Below the pieces are notes generated by a model. That model searched no databases and was not told the DNA's origin. It saw only the letters and a list, made by a program, of their open reading frames with translations. A stretch of 63,768 nt of DNA, counting the filler, from Craspedostauros australis (Eukaryota): the NCBI GenBank assembly GCA_030167865.1. It is 9 parts of 9 records of this genome, joined end to end, with 100 filler letters (N's around TTAATTAATTAA, not from the genome) between each part and the next. Parts side by side here need not be neighbours in the genome. Positions count along the whole stretch, not along the records: positions 46,667 to 52,003 come from JALAGF010004881.1; positions 52,104 to 58,663 come from JALAGF010004882.1; positions 58,764 to 62,343 come from JALAGF010004883.1; positions 62,444 to 63,768 come from JALAGF010004898.1; 5 more parts are not named here. One strand, written 5' to 3'. The translations under genes and the position numbers were made by a program. Below, in pieces: positions 50,277 to 62,725 of the stretch (positions are counted from its first letter, which is position 1; every line of letters begins with the position of its first letter).

Positions 50277-52103
50277 CCAAGTCAATGTGTGTGCACGGGC
50301 AGTGTATGCACAACGCCTGTACATTGTTGGTGCAAACAATGAGACACGAACATTTGTGGCGCACGCGCTTCGAGAAGGGGTATTTTCGTGGTTATTGTGG
50401 AAGTAGTGCAGGATGTGTCGATGTGCATGTGCACTGACGCAGAGCAACATCATCGTGCAGAATGGTGCATCGGCCTGCCAGTCATCCAAGGTGAGAAAGC
50501 GTCCTAACAACACGCGCCATGCATCGAACGTGTGTCAGAATCAGACAGCGCCACACATGAACAGTCGTCGACAGACAACATCAACCCTCCTCATCCGGAT
50601 TCGCCTGTTTGGTGGTGTATGCGTGCCGACATCCGCACTGTTGTGGGGCAGAGAAGGAGTGTGCGACACCAACAGCAGGGAATGCAAATACACGGAATAC
50701 TTGGGATGTACAGGTGCATGCAGGACAGTATCGAAGAAGTAGTCGCATTCCCATACATCAGTGCCACAGCACCTGTGCGGTTCGCGCGAATGCTTCAACT
50801 TGTTATGTTTGGATCCACCAGATGTGGCCACAACATCACAACCAATGGCCGTGCGTCTCAGCGCCATCTGATGAGGAGTGATGACGTCGCGAATACCTCC
50901 GTTGCTGGTGCTGCGTCCGCGCACGACCTACGTCAGATGACGTTCATGACATGCGTGCGGATGGGGGTGACACGGCGGTTGATGTAGTTCATTGACATAG
51001 TGTGACATAGGTGATGTCAGAACACGTGGGTGTCCAACATGACATGAGTGTGGCAGCCGCTCCCCACGAACACACCAAAATCATAGCGGTTCCCAACCAT
51101 GCAGGGAAGTCAGGCGATGTGGCAGAGCCCTGGGTGACTGACATCCCAGAGCGACGGCATATCGTCATCTGCGCAATGTCAAGTGACGTCAATGCCGGAC
51201 AGAGGTGCGATCACATACAGTCGAGGAATGACGGCTGCCTCTCATGTCGAATAACATCATCGCCATCGTACTTGTATGCGCGAATGCAATGTGACACCAT
51301 CACATGGAAATACGAGTGAGATTGTGATGACGCGATGGAGACTCTGCGTGTCTCGTCGCCAAAGAGGGGCATGTGGCGCAGACGCGTGAATCCATGATTA
51401 CAGAATGGGGACCGTGATAACATGCCACTACTGATGGTCTTGTCTCACGCATCATCGCTGTTGCGCCCATAGGAATCATGCCATAGCATACTGATTGTAA
51501 CAACGCAGTGTCACTTTGGATCCCGCAACGACGAGGTACCTTGCCAAAACAACTAGCTTTACTAGAAAATTGCAATCCTGAGTGTACTACTACATGTGCA
51601 TGTGCTGGATCCACTGTGGTGTACGCCTGCGAGAGATGGCCTGCTGGTACAAACATCTACCATGACCAACGTACACATTCCAAAAACAAGTGACTATGCC
51701 AGTTGGCGTTCCTTGACGGACCCCTGTCGTTATGGAATCCTTCCTGAATGCGAGCGATGTTGCCGTTGATGCAAAGCAAGATGGCACCTTCCAATCAGAT
51801 GTGAAGCTCGCCGTCTCCGCCATCTAACGCGAGACTTCGAATGGCGGACCCATTGCTTGTGTTGACACGAAGAACAGCTAATGATTTGCACTAGAACATA
51901 GCAATGGCATCCAGCACAGACGTGGCGGCTGCCGGGGGTGGCGTCACGACTACAGTATGCAGTGGGTTGTCCACGCTGACGTCAACAGAAGAAAGGAAAT
52001 AAANNNNNNNNNNNNNNNNNNNNNNNNNNNNNNNNNNNNNNNNNNNNTTAATTAATTAANNNNNNNNNNNNNNNNNNNNNNNNNNNNNNNNNNNNNNNNN
52101 NNN

Positions 52104-52300
52104 CACAATGTCTCCCAGCCCCCTCTGTTTCACAACGTCCAGCGCAGTTTCGCCAGCGTTGTTCTTGATATCCAAATCGATCGTCACGTTCCTACTGTTG
52201 AGCAGCATCACCACCACCCCCTTCTCAGCATTCCTACTCACCACATGGAATGGTGTATCACCGTCACGATTTTGAATACTCACATTGGTTCCTCTGTCTG
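52104..52300 (-). CDS. Ankyrin-repeat coding fragment at contig edge
   Basis: NVSIQNRDGDTPFHVV..MLLN..DIKNNAGETALDVV. Start and splice structure are unresolved. Confidence 0.6.
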
Positions 52301-52376
52301 ATGGAACCAGAAAGCAGTCTCCGAAAAAGGAGAAGCCAGGTACTCTGATAGCGTCTCCGTAACAAGAAACAACAAC

Positions 52377-54648
52377 GAGGAAATTCATTAACCAGCCCTT
52401 TTGAAGTGCCGATTTGCACTAACCAGCCTGTTTTGCGTTTCTTAGCGACTAAAAACGTCCAAATGTCCATGCGACGTCCCATGGACACAAAATCTCACAT
52501 CGACTCGTAAGTTTAGGTATAAATGTAGACTACCTGCACTACACACAAAAAGTATAAGCCACATCATACATGTTTAACATATTTGCCATAGAATGCAATC
52601 AAATAGTCCATTAAAATTTAATGCATCTAGAAAAGGAATAAATGGCTACCTTAGTTGTAGATGTGTACATCATCCATCTGTTTGCTCCAATTCCTTGTGA
52701 TGTGGATCGTATTCTGACGACACGTTCAATGGAAAGGACAAAAATATTACATTCTAACAAGATAAGAGCATGGAGAGCATTCCAATGGGTATATTATTAG
52801 CTTGTGGGTATCTAAATCCATCTGGAAGAGATGCNNNNNNNNNNNNNNNNNNNNNNNNNNNNNNNNNGTGGTGCGCATTGCACTGTACAGTCTTCTGCAT
52901 ATCTATGCATTCGGCAGGCCATTTTGAGAGATCCGATCAGCCACATCACTCCAAGAACACTCCAAAGAGTAAGGACATGAAGTTTTAAGTCTTTGATCCG
53001 TCAGGAAGGGATCCAATTCTACGGATGCTGATATCACGCAGTTCTGAACAGTACGTGTCACGCTGTACAGTGGTCTCAGAATATGTGCATAGACATTGGC
53101 GGTCATATTCCAATCCAACACTTTGGTGACTCCAAACGCATTCCACAGAGCACGGACATGGGGTTTGAAGCTGTGAATCCTCCAGGAAGACGTATCGGTA
53201 TGCACCCAGGTGATCCACATGTCATGACGCCGCTCAGTGACACTCCACTTCAGCATCCGTAGAAATGGACTCCTTCCAAACGGATATGGGACTTCAACCT
53301 CCATGGCCGCAGCCTTTGGAGTCTACTTGACGCAACGCGGTTGGTCGGATCTCTCAAGCCAGCCGGCTGAATGAAGATGTCCGCAGAAGGCTGCACAGCG
53401 CAATGCACATCGCAAAGCCCCCTCCCAAACAGCATCACCAGATATCCCTATCCCCAGCTTTGGATCGCTTCCAGATGCATCCAATACTTCAAACTTCATG
53501 GCCGCACCCATTGGAGTGTGGTCGGAGTCATCCATGCATTCGATTACAATATGGCCAACATTTTATATGCACGTATTCTCAGAACGCTATATAGCATGAC
53601 GCGGACGGTTCAGTACAGTGTGATATCAGCATCCATAGATTGCGATCCCTTCCAAATGGATAAAGAACTTCAAACTTCATTTTCATACTCTTTGGCGTAT
53701 GATTGGAGTGGTCGGAGCGTTGGATTGGAATACGATTGCCAGTTCCTGAGTACAAACATCCAAATTACTGTACAGTGCGATGCGTACCAATCACTACTGT
53801 GTGATATCTGCATCCATAGAATTGGATCCGTTCCTGATGGATCAAAGACTTCAAAATTCATGTCTGTACTCTCTGGAGTATGATTGGAGTAGTGAGGTTG
53901 GTTGGACCTCTCAAAACGGCCTGCCGAATGCATAGATATGTGGAGTACAGTACAGCGCCATGAGTACCGCACAGTATCACGAGATTCATAGATTTGGGTG
54001 CCAGCACTCCTTCCAGAAGGACCCAGATCCTCCCAAGCCACCCCCATACCCATAGAAGCGCCGTTGCTTTGATGGCATTGGTGGAATGGTATTTGTTGAA
54101 TCTTTCATATGAATGTTTGGTCAACACCCTGCACACCACACACTGCCACCGTGCGGTATCCCGTGATTTGGCCGCGTACAATACGCAACACCTTCTAGAT
54201 GGATCCAGTCACTCACAAGCTACTTGTATACCCATTGGAATACCTTCGATGCGCTGAATTTGTTAAACTGTACTGTTTTTGTCCTTTGCAATGAAGATGT
54301 CGTCAGAATACGATCCACAACGCAAGAAATTGGGGCAAACAGATGGATGATGTACATATCTACAACTAAAGTAGTCACGTATTCCCCTCATTGGACGATG
54401 TACATTCGTGTGGACTATACTGGCAATATGAAGCTGATGATAAACATGTATAATATGATGTGGCTTGAACTTTTCCTGTGTGGTACAGGTAGTCTATATT
54501 TATACACTAACCATGGCAGTCGATGCGAAATCCCTGTGTCCGTGGGATGTCGCATGGACAATTGGACGTTTTGTGCCACTAAGTGTTGTAAAAACAGGCT
54601 GGTTGATGCAAATCGGCACTTCAAAAGGGCTGGTTAATGAATTTCCTC
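52377..54648. mobile_element. Foldback / Mutator-like non-autonomous element with very long inverted arms and a 9-bp TSD
   Basis: GAGGAAATTCATTAACCAGCCCTTTTGAAGTGCCGATTTGCA at 52377 is the reverse complement of the end at 54648. AACAACAAC flanks both sides (52368-52376, 54649-54657). Diverged inverted similarity continues from about 52377-53140 to about 53700-54648. Confidence 0.88.
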
Positions 54649-55051
54649 AACAACAACACATCATCCTTCGGTTTGACCAACAAAGAACGACACCAACCAC
54701 CTCATCCTGCCGACATCAACGTGCACACGTGCACAAACACTCGTTTCGGATCACAACACATCGCTTGGAAAGCATCCTCACTCAAGGAGTACGAAGACAA
54801 CACAACACCCTGTCGGCAATCAAACGTGAGTTGTTCTATCTGCGGACCTGGCCATACCAACATCTACTCTCACTGCACTATTTGAAGTCATCCCTCCATC
54901 GATCCACACATCCATCAACCCACCGGCTCATCTGTTTCTCAATTGACAACCAGCGAACACAACAGCACCAGTGCGAGCTACTAATACTCTAATACTCCAG
55001 AGAGAGAGAGAGAGACCCAATCAAAGATCATTCAGAAGATCCACGCGCACC

Positions 55052-55799
55052 ATGATTCAATCAAGTGAGTATGGCAACTGCCAACGCGTTCTCTCTCCAG
55101 AGCCAACGAATCCATCATACGCACCGAATAATCGAAACCGCCCGCTCTCTACTCGCGTCCCATGAGAATGCACGCTCATGGTGGATCACGAGACTACTTG
55201 GATCTTTGCCTGACTTGCGGCATCACTCGATTCGAGTTCACTTGGTGCGCTTGGCACCACAGAGCATTGCTGCATCAAGCACATGAGCTTCGTTTCTGAG
55301 ACATTCCGAGCCATCCAACTTGTCTTCTACGAGTGCTCGCACATCACGACCGCACGCCATCTCATTCCATACCATGTTCTGCTCTTGCTGCTAATCTACC
55401 GCCCGTCCGTACGCCGCCGAACGCGATCATCTCGCTCCGTTCTGCAATACACACCACCGTGCCTGCAATTTCCGGCACGATATTCTTCACCACGATGATG
55501 GCATTGGCGATGACGAACGCGTTGACGACGACACTGCGATACCCCCAGTCGTCTCCAAGGTGCCGCAGCAGGTTTGGGTTGCCGTCGGCAGCATCAGCCT
55601 CATCGGCGCATGTGCTTACCCCGTGTACTCCATTAACACCCGGCCTGGTCATGATCTGTTCAGCTCCGAAAAGCCAGAGGCCATCCGAGAAGCGCAGGAG
55701 GCGAAGCGCAAGGAGTACAGACGTCTCATCAAGGAACGCCGGGCGCAACTGGAGAGAGATCAGGACGAGCTGGATAAATTCAAGACGGATACAAAATGA
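55052..55799 (+). CDS. Small single-pass membrane protein with coiled-coil tail; 2 exons (55052-55064, 55549-55799), 87 aa
   Basis: ATGATTCAATCAA|GTGAGT..CCCCAG|TC is a phase-1 intron giving MIQSIVSKVPQQVWVAVGSISLIGACAYPVY..RPGHDLFSSEKPEAIREAQE.. Exon 2 has no in-frame ATG of its own. Confidence 0.7.
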
Positions 55800-56182
55800 G
55801 GTGCCGCGAAGCAGTACGGTCTTTCTATTTTCCGTGGCATCGCCGTTGAATTGCTGCATCGTCAAGGAGCGATTGCACGCCCACAGCAACACCTCCGATT
55901 GCGCCAATATAGCCACAAACATTTCTCACAGCATAAACTGCCATTGCCTCTTCGCTTCTGTTCTTACCATGTTATGCTTCCTCCTGTATGCCGCCCATCG
56001 TCGTCATGATGTTATTGTACCATTCGGACGAGTGCATTCGTGATTGTAGGTGCATGCGCAGCAACAGGGTGAAGCGCTGGCACATCGAGCATTCGAGCCA
56101 CTCTGTATCAACACTCTACATTAACACTCTGCTTGTCCTCGATGACACCGTCTTCATTGATTACACACACACAGTATCCAAC

Positions 56183-57187
56183 ATGGCAGACTATCAACAA
56201 TCCTTCCAAGATTTCATGCTGGGCCGTTCGTCGGCACCAGGATCACCACCTGCAGTATCCACGTCGCTGCCAAGTCCTTCTTCCTCGGCAAATCGCCAAC
56301 AACAACAACGCAAGCGCAACCAGAAGCAAACGGGGTCGGTATTCAAGGCATTCGTCGGCAGGTTGGAGGAATGGACGCAGCTCGATGATCAAATGTTCGA
56401 CATCCTTCAATCAATTCACAACCTGAGGACGAGGTTGGCATGGGAGCAACAGCAGCTCAAACAGCTGCGGGTGCAAAACTTGATGTCCACGGCAGCGCAA
56501 CAACTTCCAGCAGAAGTAGTGGCAGGGACGAGAACGAACGAAACGCCGCCGTGTCACGGGTTCCTTCAAGCCAACGCCATGGCAGTTATGTCGTCAACTC
56601 CGCAGCGGCCCACAACGAATGACATCTCCCCAACCGCGTTGACTGAAGATGATGTGAGCATGGCGTACAACGCGGATCTGCGACGTCATGAGCGAATGGT
56701 CACGCTGCTACGTAGCCAGATGAGCTCATTATCGCAGATTCAGGATGCCATGGGTCGCCGGTTGGATGAATGGATGAGCTTCGAGATGGAAAGCGCCGCA
56801 TTTATGGATGATGGAAGCTATGGCAACACCGAAGCTCCGCCTGGCAGCGCGGCCAACTACCGATTGCGCCTAAGCCACTGCGAGCGCATCTTCGCGCATA
56901 CGTCTAAAGAATTGTTCCGAAAACAGATTCTCGCTCAAAGGCTGTTCGATTCCTACGATGGATTACAGGACGAGTCGAATGGATGTAAGGATGGAGTTGT
57001 CGACGGTGGTGCTGTTGGCAGCGGTGTCCGCTACATCAATAGCATCGATCCTCATGGCGGCGGGATTGGCGATGAGAATGGGCCGCACATGTCCTCCCGA
57101 CGCACCGCCAAAGAATGCGTGATGGAGTGGCAGAGCAAAAAACGAAGCAACGGCTGGTCGATCGTTGAAGAGATCTTAAAGTGCTGA
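56183..57187 (+). CDS. Uncharacterised helical protein (334 aa), possibly C1orf109/AIRIM-like
   Basis: Long intact ORF from ACATGG. The helical motifs LEEWTQLDDQMFDILQSIHNLRTRL and KELFRKQILAQRL recall that family; the family call is tentative. Confidence 0.55.
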   Translation: MADYQQSFQDFMLGRSSAPGSPPAVSTSLPSPSSSANRQQQQRKRNQKQTGSVFKAFVGRLEEWTQLDDQMFDILQSIHNLRTRLAWEQQQLKQLRVQNLMSTAAQQLPAEVVAGTRTNETPPCHGFLQANAMAVMSSTPQRPTTNDISPTALTEDDVSMAYNADLRRHERMVTLLRSQMSSLSQIQDAMGRRLDEWMSFEMESAAFMDDGSYGNTEAPPGSAANYRLRLSHCERIFAHTSKELFRKQILAQRLFDSYDGLQDESNGCKDGVVDGGAVGSGVRYINSIDPHGGGIGDENGPHMSSRRTAKECVMEWQSKKRSNGWSIVEEILKC

Positions 57188-57422
57188 CGAGCTGCGGCAT
57201 CCTGGCGTCGCACTCAAGGTATGGATAAATGAATTAGTTATGCGTTGGAGCCGTTGCAAGGATCTCGCCTTTTGGATTCTGATGGCGCATCGACCCTTGG
57301 CGTGACCTGAAACAATGAGCGACTGGCAAACCATTGGACGATGGGGCTTCTCTATTCTACTCTTCAATTAGTATTAGAATTGCCCTCTACTTGCACTCGA
57401 TGAGTGTGGCGTTCCCATGTGT

Positions 57423-58613
57423 TTACAGATCCAAATCATCATCAGGATCTTCTTCGTCGAAATCGTCGAATTCCGGATCATCGTCTTGCATGAAAATCCT
57501 TGGCTTGACGACGACCGGCGCTGACGGATTGCTCTGCTCTTTGCTGCCGGCATTGCCATGATGAATATTATCTTCCGCATCTTCCTCCAGTTTCAGTGAT
57601 ATCTTCTTCGCCTTGGAATTGGCGCCACGAAGACTGGAGACCTGCGATCGGTTATCATTTCCATCCACTTGCCCCGATGTGCGCGCGCTGACGGCCGGCG
57701 CGGATGCTGCATGGCTGCTGTTCCCTTTGTTATCGTCCTTATCTGACTGAGACCCCGCCTGGAGCAGCTCGTATCCCCATGTACGCGATTCGATTCGGAA
57801 AGGCACCGCCGCGCGCACAATGTTGCCGGATTCGCGGACGCCCTGACGCACCATGGTCATGTCGCCTTGCCGCAGACACAGCAGGGCCTGGCAGACGTCC
57901 TCGAGGAAGGCGTGCTGCTTGGGCGTCATGCTATCGTGCTGGACTGGCAGTATCATCATGCAAGGCGGGATCTTCTGAAGGAAGTGCATCGTGCGAGCGA
58001 ATCCATGTCGCACAAGGATGGGGGAGAGTGACTCGAAGACGATGCACATCTTCCTTGTTGTGTCGTTGGCAAGTTGCCGCTCGATGGCCTGCAGGATGCT
58101 ATCCAAATCATCCAATGATGGAAGAGCATTGTCGCCACCTTCGTCGTCGTTGTCGTCCCATCCTGATGGTATGCAACTTGTGGGAACGGTACCGAATGCA
58201 TCATGGCTGGTGATATCGTCTGGCAGGTTGGTGATTGTGGATGCGGAAGACGTTGGGATCCAAATCAAGCTCCTTCCATGCTTGTTCTCCATATCATCGC
58301 TCGCATCCTGCCCAGAATGATCCTTGACCGACGATGCCTTCAGGATGAGCCGCAGCAACTCGTGCAGCCAAAGGGAACTCCCCAGCATATCCTTCGTCGC
58401 ATTCTCGCCGGGCGTGCGCAACCCAGCACGACGGTACAGCTGCTTCTCCTCCAGGAATGCGTGCGCGGATGCGGTACGGACAGGAAAGGACGCGAGCGGA
58501 CGTTGGAAGACGATGCGGTAGCTTCTGCGGCTGTCACCGTCTCCTTCGCTCCATTGCGTCAGGAACCATTGGCGGAACAACGACTCCAGCGGCATCAGTT
58601 TGGCCGATGGCAT
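57423..58613 (-). CDS. ELP5: Elongator complex protein 5 (Elp5/Iki1-like)
   Basis: The acidic C-terminus DDPEFDDFDEEDPDDDLDL is typical of Elp5, and CIVFESLSPILVRHG resembles the degenerate RecA-fold strand. Confidence 0.72.
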   Translation of the reverse strand: MPSAKLMPLESLFRQWFLTQWSEGDGDSRRSYRIVFQRPLASFPVRTASAHAFLEEKQLYRRAGLRTPGENATKDMLGSSLWLHELLRLILKASSVKDHSGQDASDDMENKHGRSLIWIPTSSASTITNLPDDITSHDAFGTVPTSCIPSGWDDNDDEGGDNALPSLDDLDSILQAIERQLANDTTRKMCIVFESLSPILVRHGFARTMHFLQKIPPCMMILPVQHDSMTPKQHAFLEDVCQALLCLRQGDMTMVRQGVRESGNIVRAAVPFRIESRTWGYELLQAGSQSDKDDNKGNSSHAASAPAVSARTSGQVDGNDNRSQVSSLRGANSKAKKISLKLEEDAEDNIHHGNAGSKEQSNPSAPVVVKPRIFMQDDDPEFDDFDEEDPDDDLDL

Positions 58614-58763
58614 TGTGCTGTGGTGAACTGCCCGGGCGTGGTGGAGTGATGTTGATTGGGTGTNNNNNNNNNNNNNNNNNNNNNNNNNNNNNNNNNNNNN
58701 NNNNNNNTTAATTAATTAANNNNNNNNNNNNNNNNNNNNNNNNNNNNNNNNNNNNNNNNNNNN

Positions 58764-61700
58764 ACAAGCAACCCATCAAGGCGCCGCTATTCAGTGGTAG
58801 TCAGGAGGACTACAATGCCTGGGAGTCCCAAGCGAAGGCGTACACGCGTGCGCAGAGAACAAGAGATGTGATGTTGGGGAAGACAAAGATCCCAACTAAG
58901 AGCGAAATCGGAGCTGCCACAGAAGCAGACAAGGAAGTATTGGAGGAGCCCTACGAGCTGGCAGCCAACTGCTTCAGCAATCTGATCCTTATGATGGATG
59001 CAGAGAAGGGTACAGGCAAGCAAGCCATCCAATACAACAACCAATGCATCTCCAACATATTCCCTGAGGGGAACCCACACGAGGTGTGGAAACTTCTCAC
59101 GGAGAAGTACAAGCCGTCCGATGCCGCCACCAAGATCAAGCTCAAGAGGCAGTTCAACAACAAGAAGATGAAGAAGGACACTGATCCAGATGTCTACATT
59201 GCATGGCTCAAGCTACTGCACTCCCGCCTTCAAGACGTCAGGCACGAGATCAGCAACAAGGAAATGATCATGCAGATCCTCAGCACAGTGAGTGCCGAGT
59301 ACAAAGCACAAGTCATCAACTTTGAACATCAACTCACATTCAACCCAACTGTCGTCACAATCAACACAATCAGAGCACTACTTCGCACAGCATACACAAC
59401 CAACCAAGGAGGGAAGGCCTACGTCAACGAATTTCAAGACAGCAGCATGAAGACTAACGACGCTGGCTTTGCGAGCACCAGCAACTTCAAGGGAATCTGC
59501 CACAACTGTGGTGTGTATGGTCATTGATCTGCGAATTGTCCCAAACAGAAGAAGGCAAACAACAAGAAAAATGCCAACAACAACAGAAAGAACGGAAACC
59601 GAAACAATAAAGGCAAGGGAAGCAGATTCAACGGAAAGTGCCACTACTGCAGCATCATCGGACATCGCGAGGTAGAGTGCCAAAAGAAGAAGTTCAACAA
59701 AAAGAAGAAGGCCAACAAGCAGGCCAACACAGTGAAGGAAAGACATGAGAAGAGCAGCCATGAGATGATGCTCTCTATACTGGACATGATGCTCTGCTTG
59801 GAGGTATCCGACGACATCAAGGATTCATTCTTTGATCACTTCCAACACTTCGAAAACGATGACGAAGTACACGACGACGAGGTCGTGCCAGCGTGGCTCA
59901 GTGACGAGCCAATCATCCATGAAGTCGACCGACGTCACGAAGTCAGCTACAAGTACTGCTTCAATGTGAACGACATCATTGATCTGTCCGGAGACGCAGC
60001 TGAGATGGGAGCAGAGACCATCGCCATCGAGTTGGAAGCGGCCGCGAATGCAGACGATGCCGACACCAACGAGAACAGCGCGGATCAAGACAACGAAGAC
60101 GTCTCTGGCAACAAGACAAACGGCGGTGTGGCGTCGCCTCCTCCAGTGGCAAGGAACAACAGAATGGGTATCTTCCATGAAGACAGCAGTGATGAATCAG
60201 AACAAGAAGTGGACAGATTCAATCCAAACAAGAGAGTCATCTATCCAACAGACATCTCGTTCCCACCAGTCCAGAANNNNNNNNNNNNNNACACCATACA
60301 CAGGCATGATACGATCCCATATCCTACATTGACAGTAGAGACAATGCAACGACAGCTCATCCACGACGCCGTGATGGTAGCAGGCATGCGGCTCTTCCTA
60401 GGGATGATCAACAGGGGACTGCAACACATATGGGTGCGCGTGATTGGCACCATACTGTCCGACAATTTCCGATCAATCAAAGAGATTCTCGCCAACACAG
60501 TGATCCTCAAGCGGCTGTTGGAAGAAAGACGAGCTCATTCCAGAGACAGAATTGCACTACGTCCTTGGAGGATGTATGCAAGTGCTCCTGCGCGAGCGAC
60601 CACAAGTCACGCCATACGATTCGGTGACAGCAACTCACCGAGAAGACATGACTCCAGCAGTCAGAGAACCGTACTACGACGGCATGGACTACCACAGGAT
60701 GGACGACAGGAACGAAGAAGATCACGACGACGACATGGCAGCAGCTGCCATGGAACAGCTTCACGAGCTGAGCACCAAATACAAGGACAAGGTCAACAAG
60801 AATACCTGGCTTGCCGACAGCAGAGCCTTGTGTCACATTGTGAACTCAGACGCCGGCCTCTTCAACGTGCGGCAAATCAAGTCCTTCGTCCAAGTGGGAG
60901 ACAGCACGAAGCTGGACTCTCCCAAGATCGGATCCATCCGCTTGAAGGTCAAGCAACATGACAACACTTGCCACATTATCCAGCTCAATAATGTGAAGTA
61001 CACACCCAAGATGGTGGTGAACCTTTTCTCTACAAACAAGGCNNNNNNNNNNNNNNNNNNNNNNNNNNNNNNNNNNNNNNNNNNNNNNNNNNNNNNNNNN
61101 NNNNNNNNNNNNNNNNNNNNNNNNNNNNNNNNNNNNNNNNNNNNNNNNNNNNNNNNNNNNNNNNNNNNNNNNNNNNNNATGCCAACTGAGGATGACAAGG
61201 CTTCCACAGCCATCATCAAGAGCCCATCCAAGGAGGTGAGCGCTGTGAACTTGCATCGAATGCTCTGTCACGCACCGCTTGAGACCATGAAGCAGACAGC
61301 CACTCAATACGGATGGAAGATCATCTGCGAGATGCTGGTGTGTCGCGACTGTGCTGTCGCGAATGTGAGAGTGAAGAACATCCCAAAGGCAACCATTCCA
61401 AGAGCGACTCGCCGTGGCGAACGCCTCTTCATCGATATCAGTTACACTAAACACATAGGCTTCGGAGATAAACGCTACTGGACCTTGATCGTGGACAGCT
61501 TCACGGACTACTGCTGGAGCTTCTTTCTGAAGAACAAGAGAGACCAACCAGGGTATCAAACGATTTGTGCAGACGATCAAGTCACACACAGGTGATCAAC
61601 AAATCATTTTCCAAGGCGATAACAGCGGAGAGAACAAATCCACGCAGGATACTCTCATCGATGCAGGACTGAATGCGAAATTCGAGTTCATGGCGTCCAA

Positions 61701-62343
61701 CACGCCANNNNNNNNNNNNNNNNNNNNNNNNNNNNNNNNNNNNNNNNNNNNNNNNNNNNNNNNNNNNNNNNNNGGAGCACAACTCAACAACAAATAGAGG
61801 CATGGCCTGTGGGCATCAGCTGCAAGCACTGCCACTGCCATCGCCAATTCTTTGACAGCAATCCACCATACACTGATTCACTTCAAACATTCGGAGAGGT
61901 GGTTGTTGTGAAGACCACCTATGGCAGGATCTCTACCAAGTTCAAGAATAGAGGAGAAGAGATGGTGTTCATCGGATATGCACACCAACATGCATCAGGA
62001 GTGTACAACATGTACAGACCATCGACCAAGTCACTGGTCTGTTCCTGNNNNNNNNNNNNNNNNNNNNNNNNNNNNNNNNNNNNNNNNNNNNNNNNNNNNN
62101 NNNNNNNNNNNNNNNNNNNNNNNNNNNNNNNNAACGCAGATAGCTTCACAACCATTGGACGGAAGGGAGCAACGCCAAGGACGGCAATGCATCAAATGAC
62201 AGAACCAAGGAGAGTATCCTTTGCCAACACGAACAAGTATCACATCCTATTGGACAGCGATGATGAGGACGAGGAAGCAGCGACCCAACTGCTCGAGAAC
62301 GAGGAAGATTGGAGCGAGTCCGACCCTGAGGATGACGAGATCC
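58764..62343 (+). mobile_element. Ty1/copia LTR retrotransposon fragment (gag, protease, integrase), decayed
   Basis: Gag PLFSG..W and DPDVYI..L; zinc knuckles CHNCGVYGH*SANC and CHYCSIIGHREVEC; protease TWLADSRALCH; integrase LHRMLCH..CRDC, LFIDIS, IVDSFT, DNSGEN; SH3-like MVFIGYA. Stops and frameshifts present. Confidence 0.93.
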
Positions 62344-62725
62344 NNNNNNNNNNNNNNNNNNNNNNNNNNNNNNNNNNNNNNNNNNNNTTAATTAATTAAN
62401 NNNNNNNNNNNNNNNNNNNNNNNNNNNNNNNNNNNNNNNNNNNTGCGCAAAGCAGCACAGCGTTGGTGGTGGCACCCCTGCGCGTCAGCTGCAACAGCAA
62501 CACTTGCGAATACCACACAACACAGAAATAATAATATTATATAATGTCATGGAGCACACTAAATTTTCTTTGGTATGCAAAGCAAATATATACATAAATA
62601 ACTCAGTGATTACATCGTAGATGTGCCATAAGGCTTTACCCTCGCCTCCCCGGCCCCGTGGGGCCATGTGTTGAGCGATCTGTCAAGTGTCCCTTCTCAA
62701 GCCGTCCCCAGCCACGACGCCATGC

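Noticed and set aside
12930..62443. Recurrent TTAATTAATTAA motif and any gene-neighbourhood argument across it
   Set aside because: It is always centred in exactly 44+44 N, so it is an artificial linker. The nine contigs cannot be assumed adjacent, and ORFs ending in ..LIN are artefacts.
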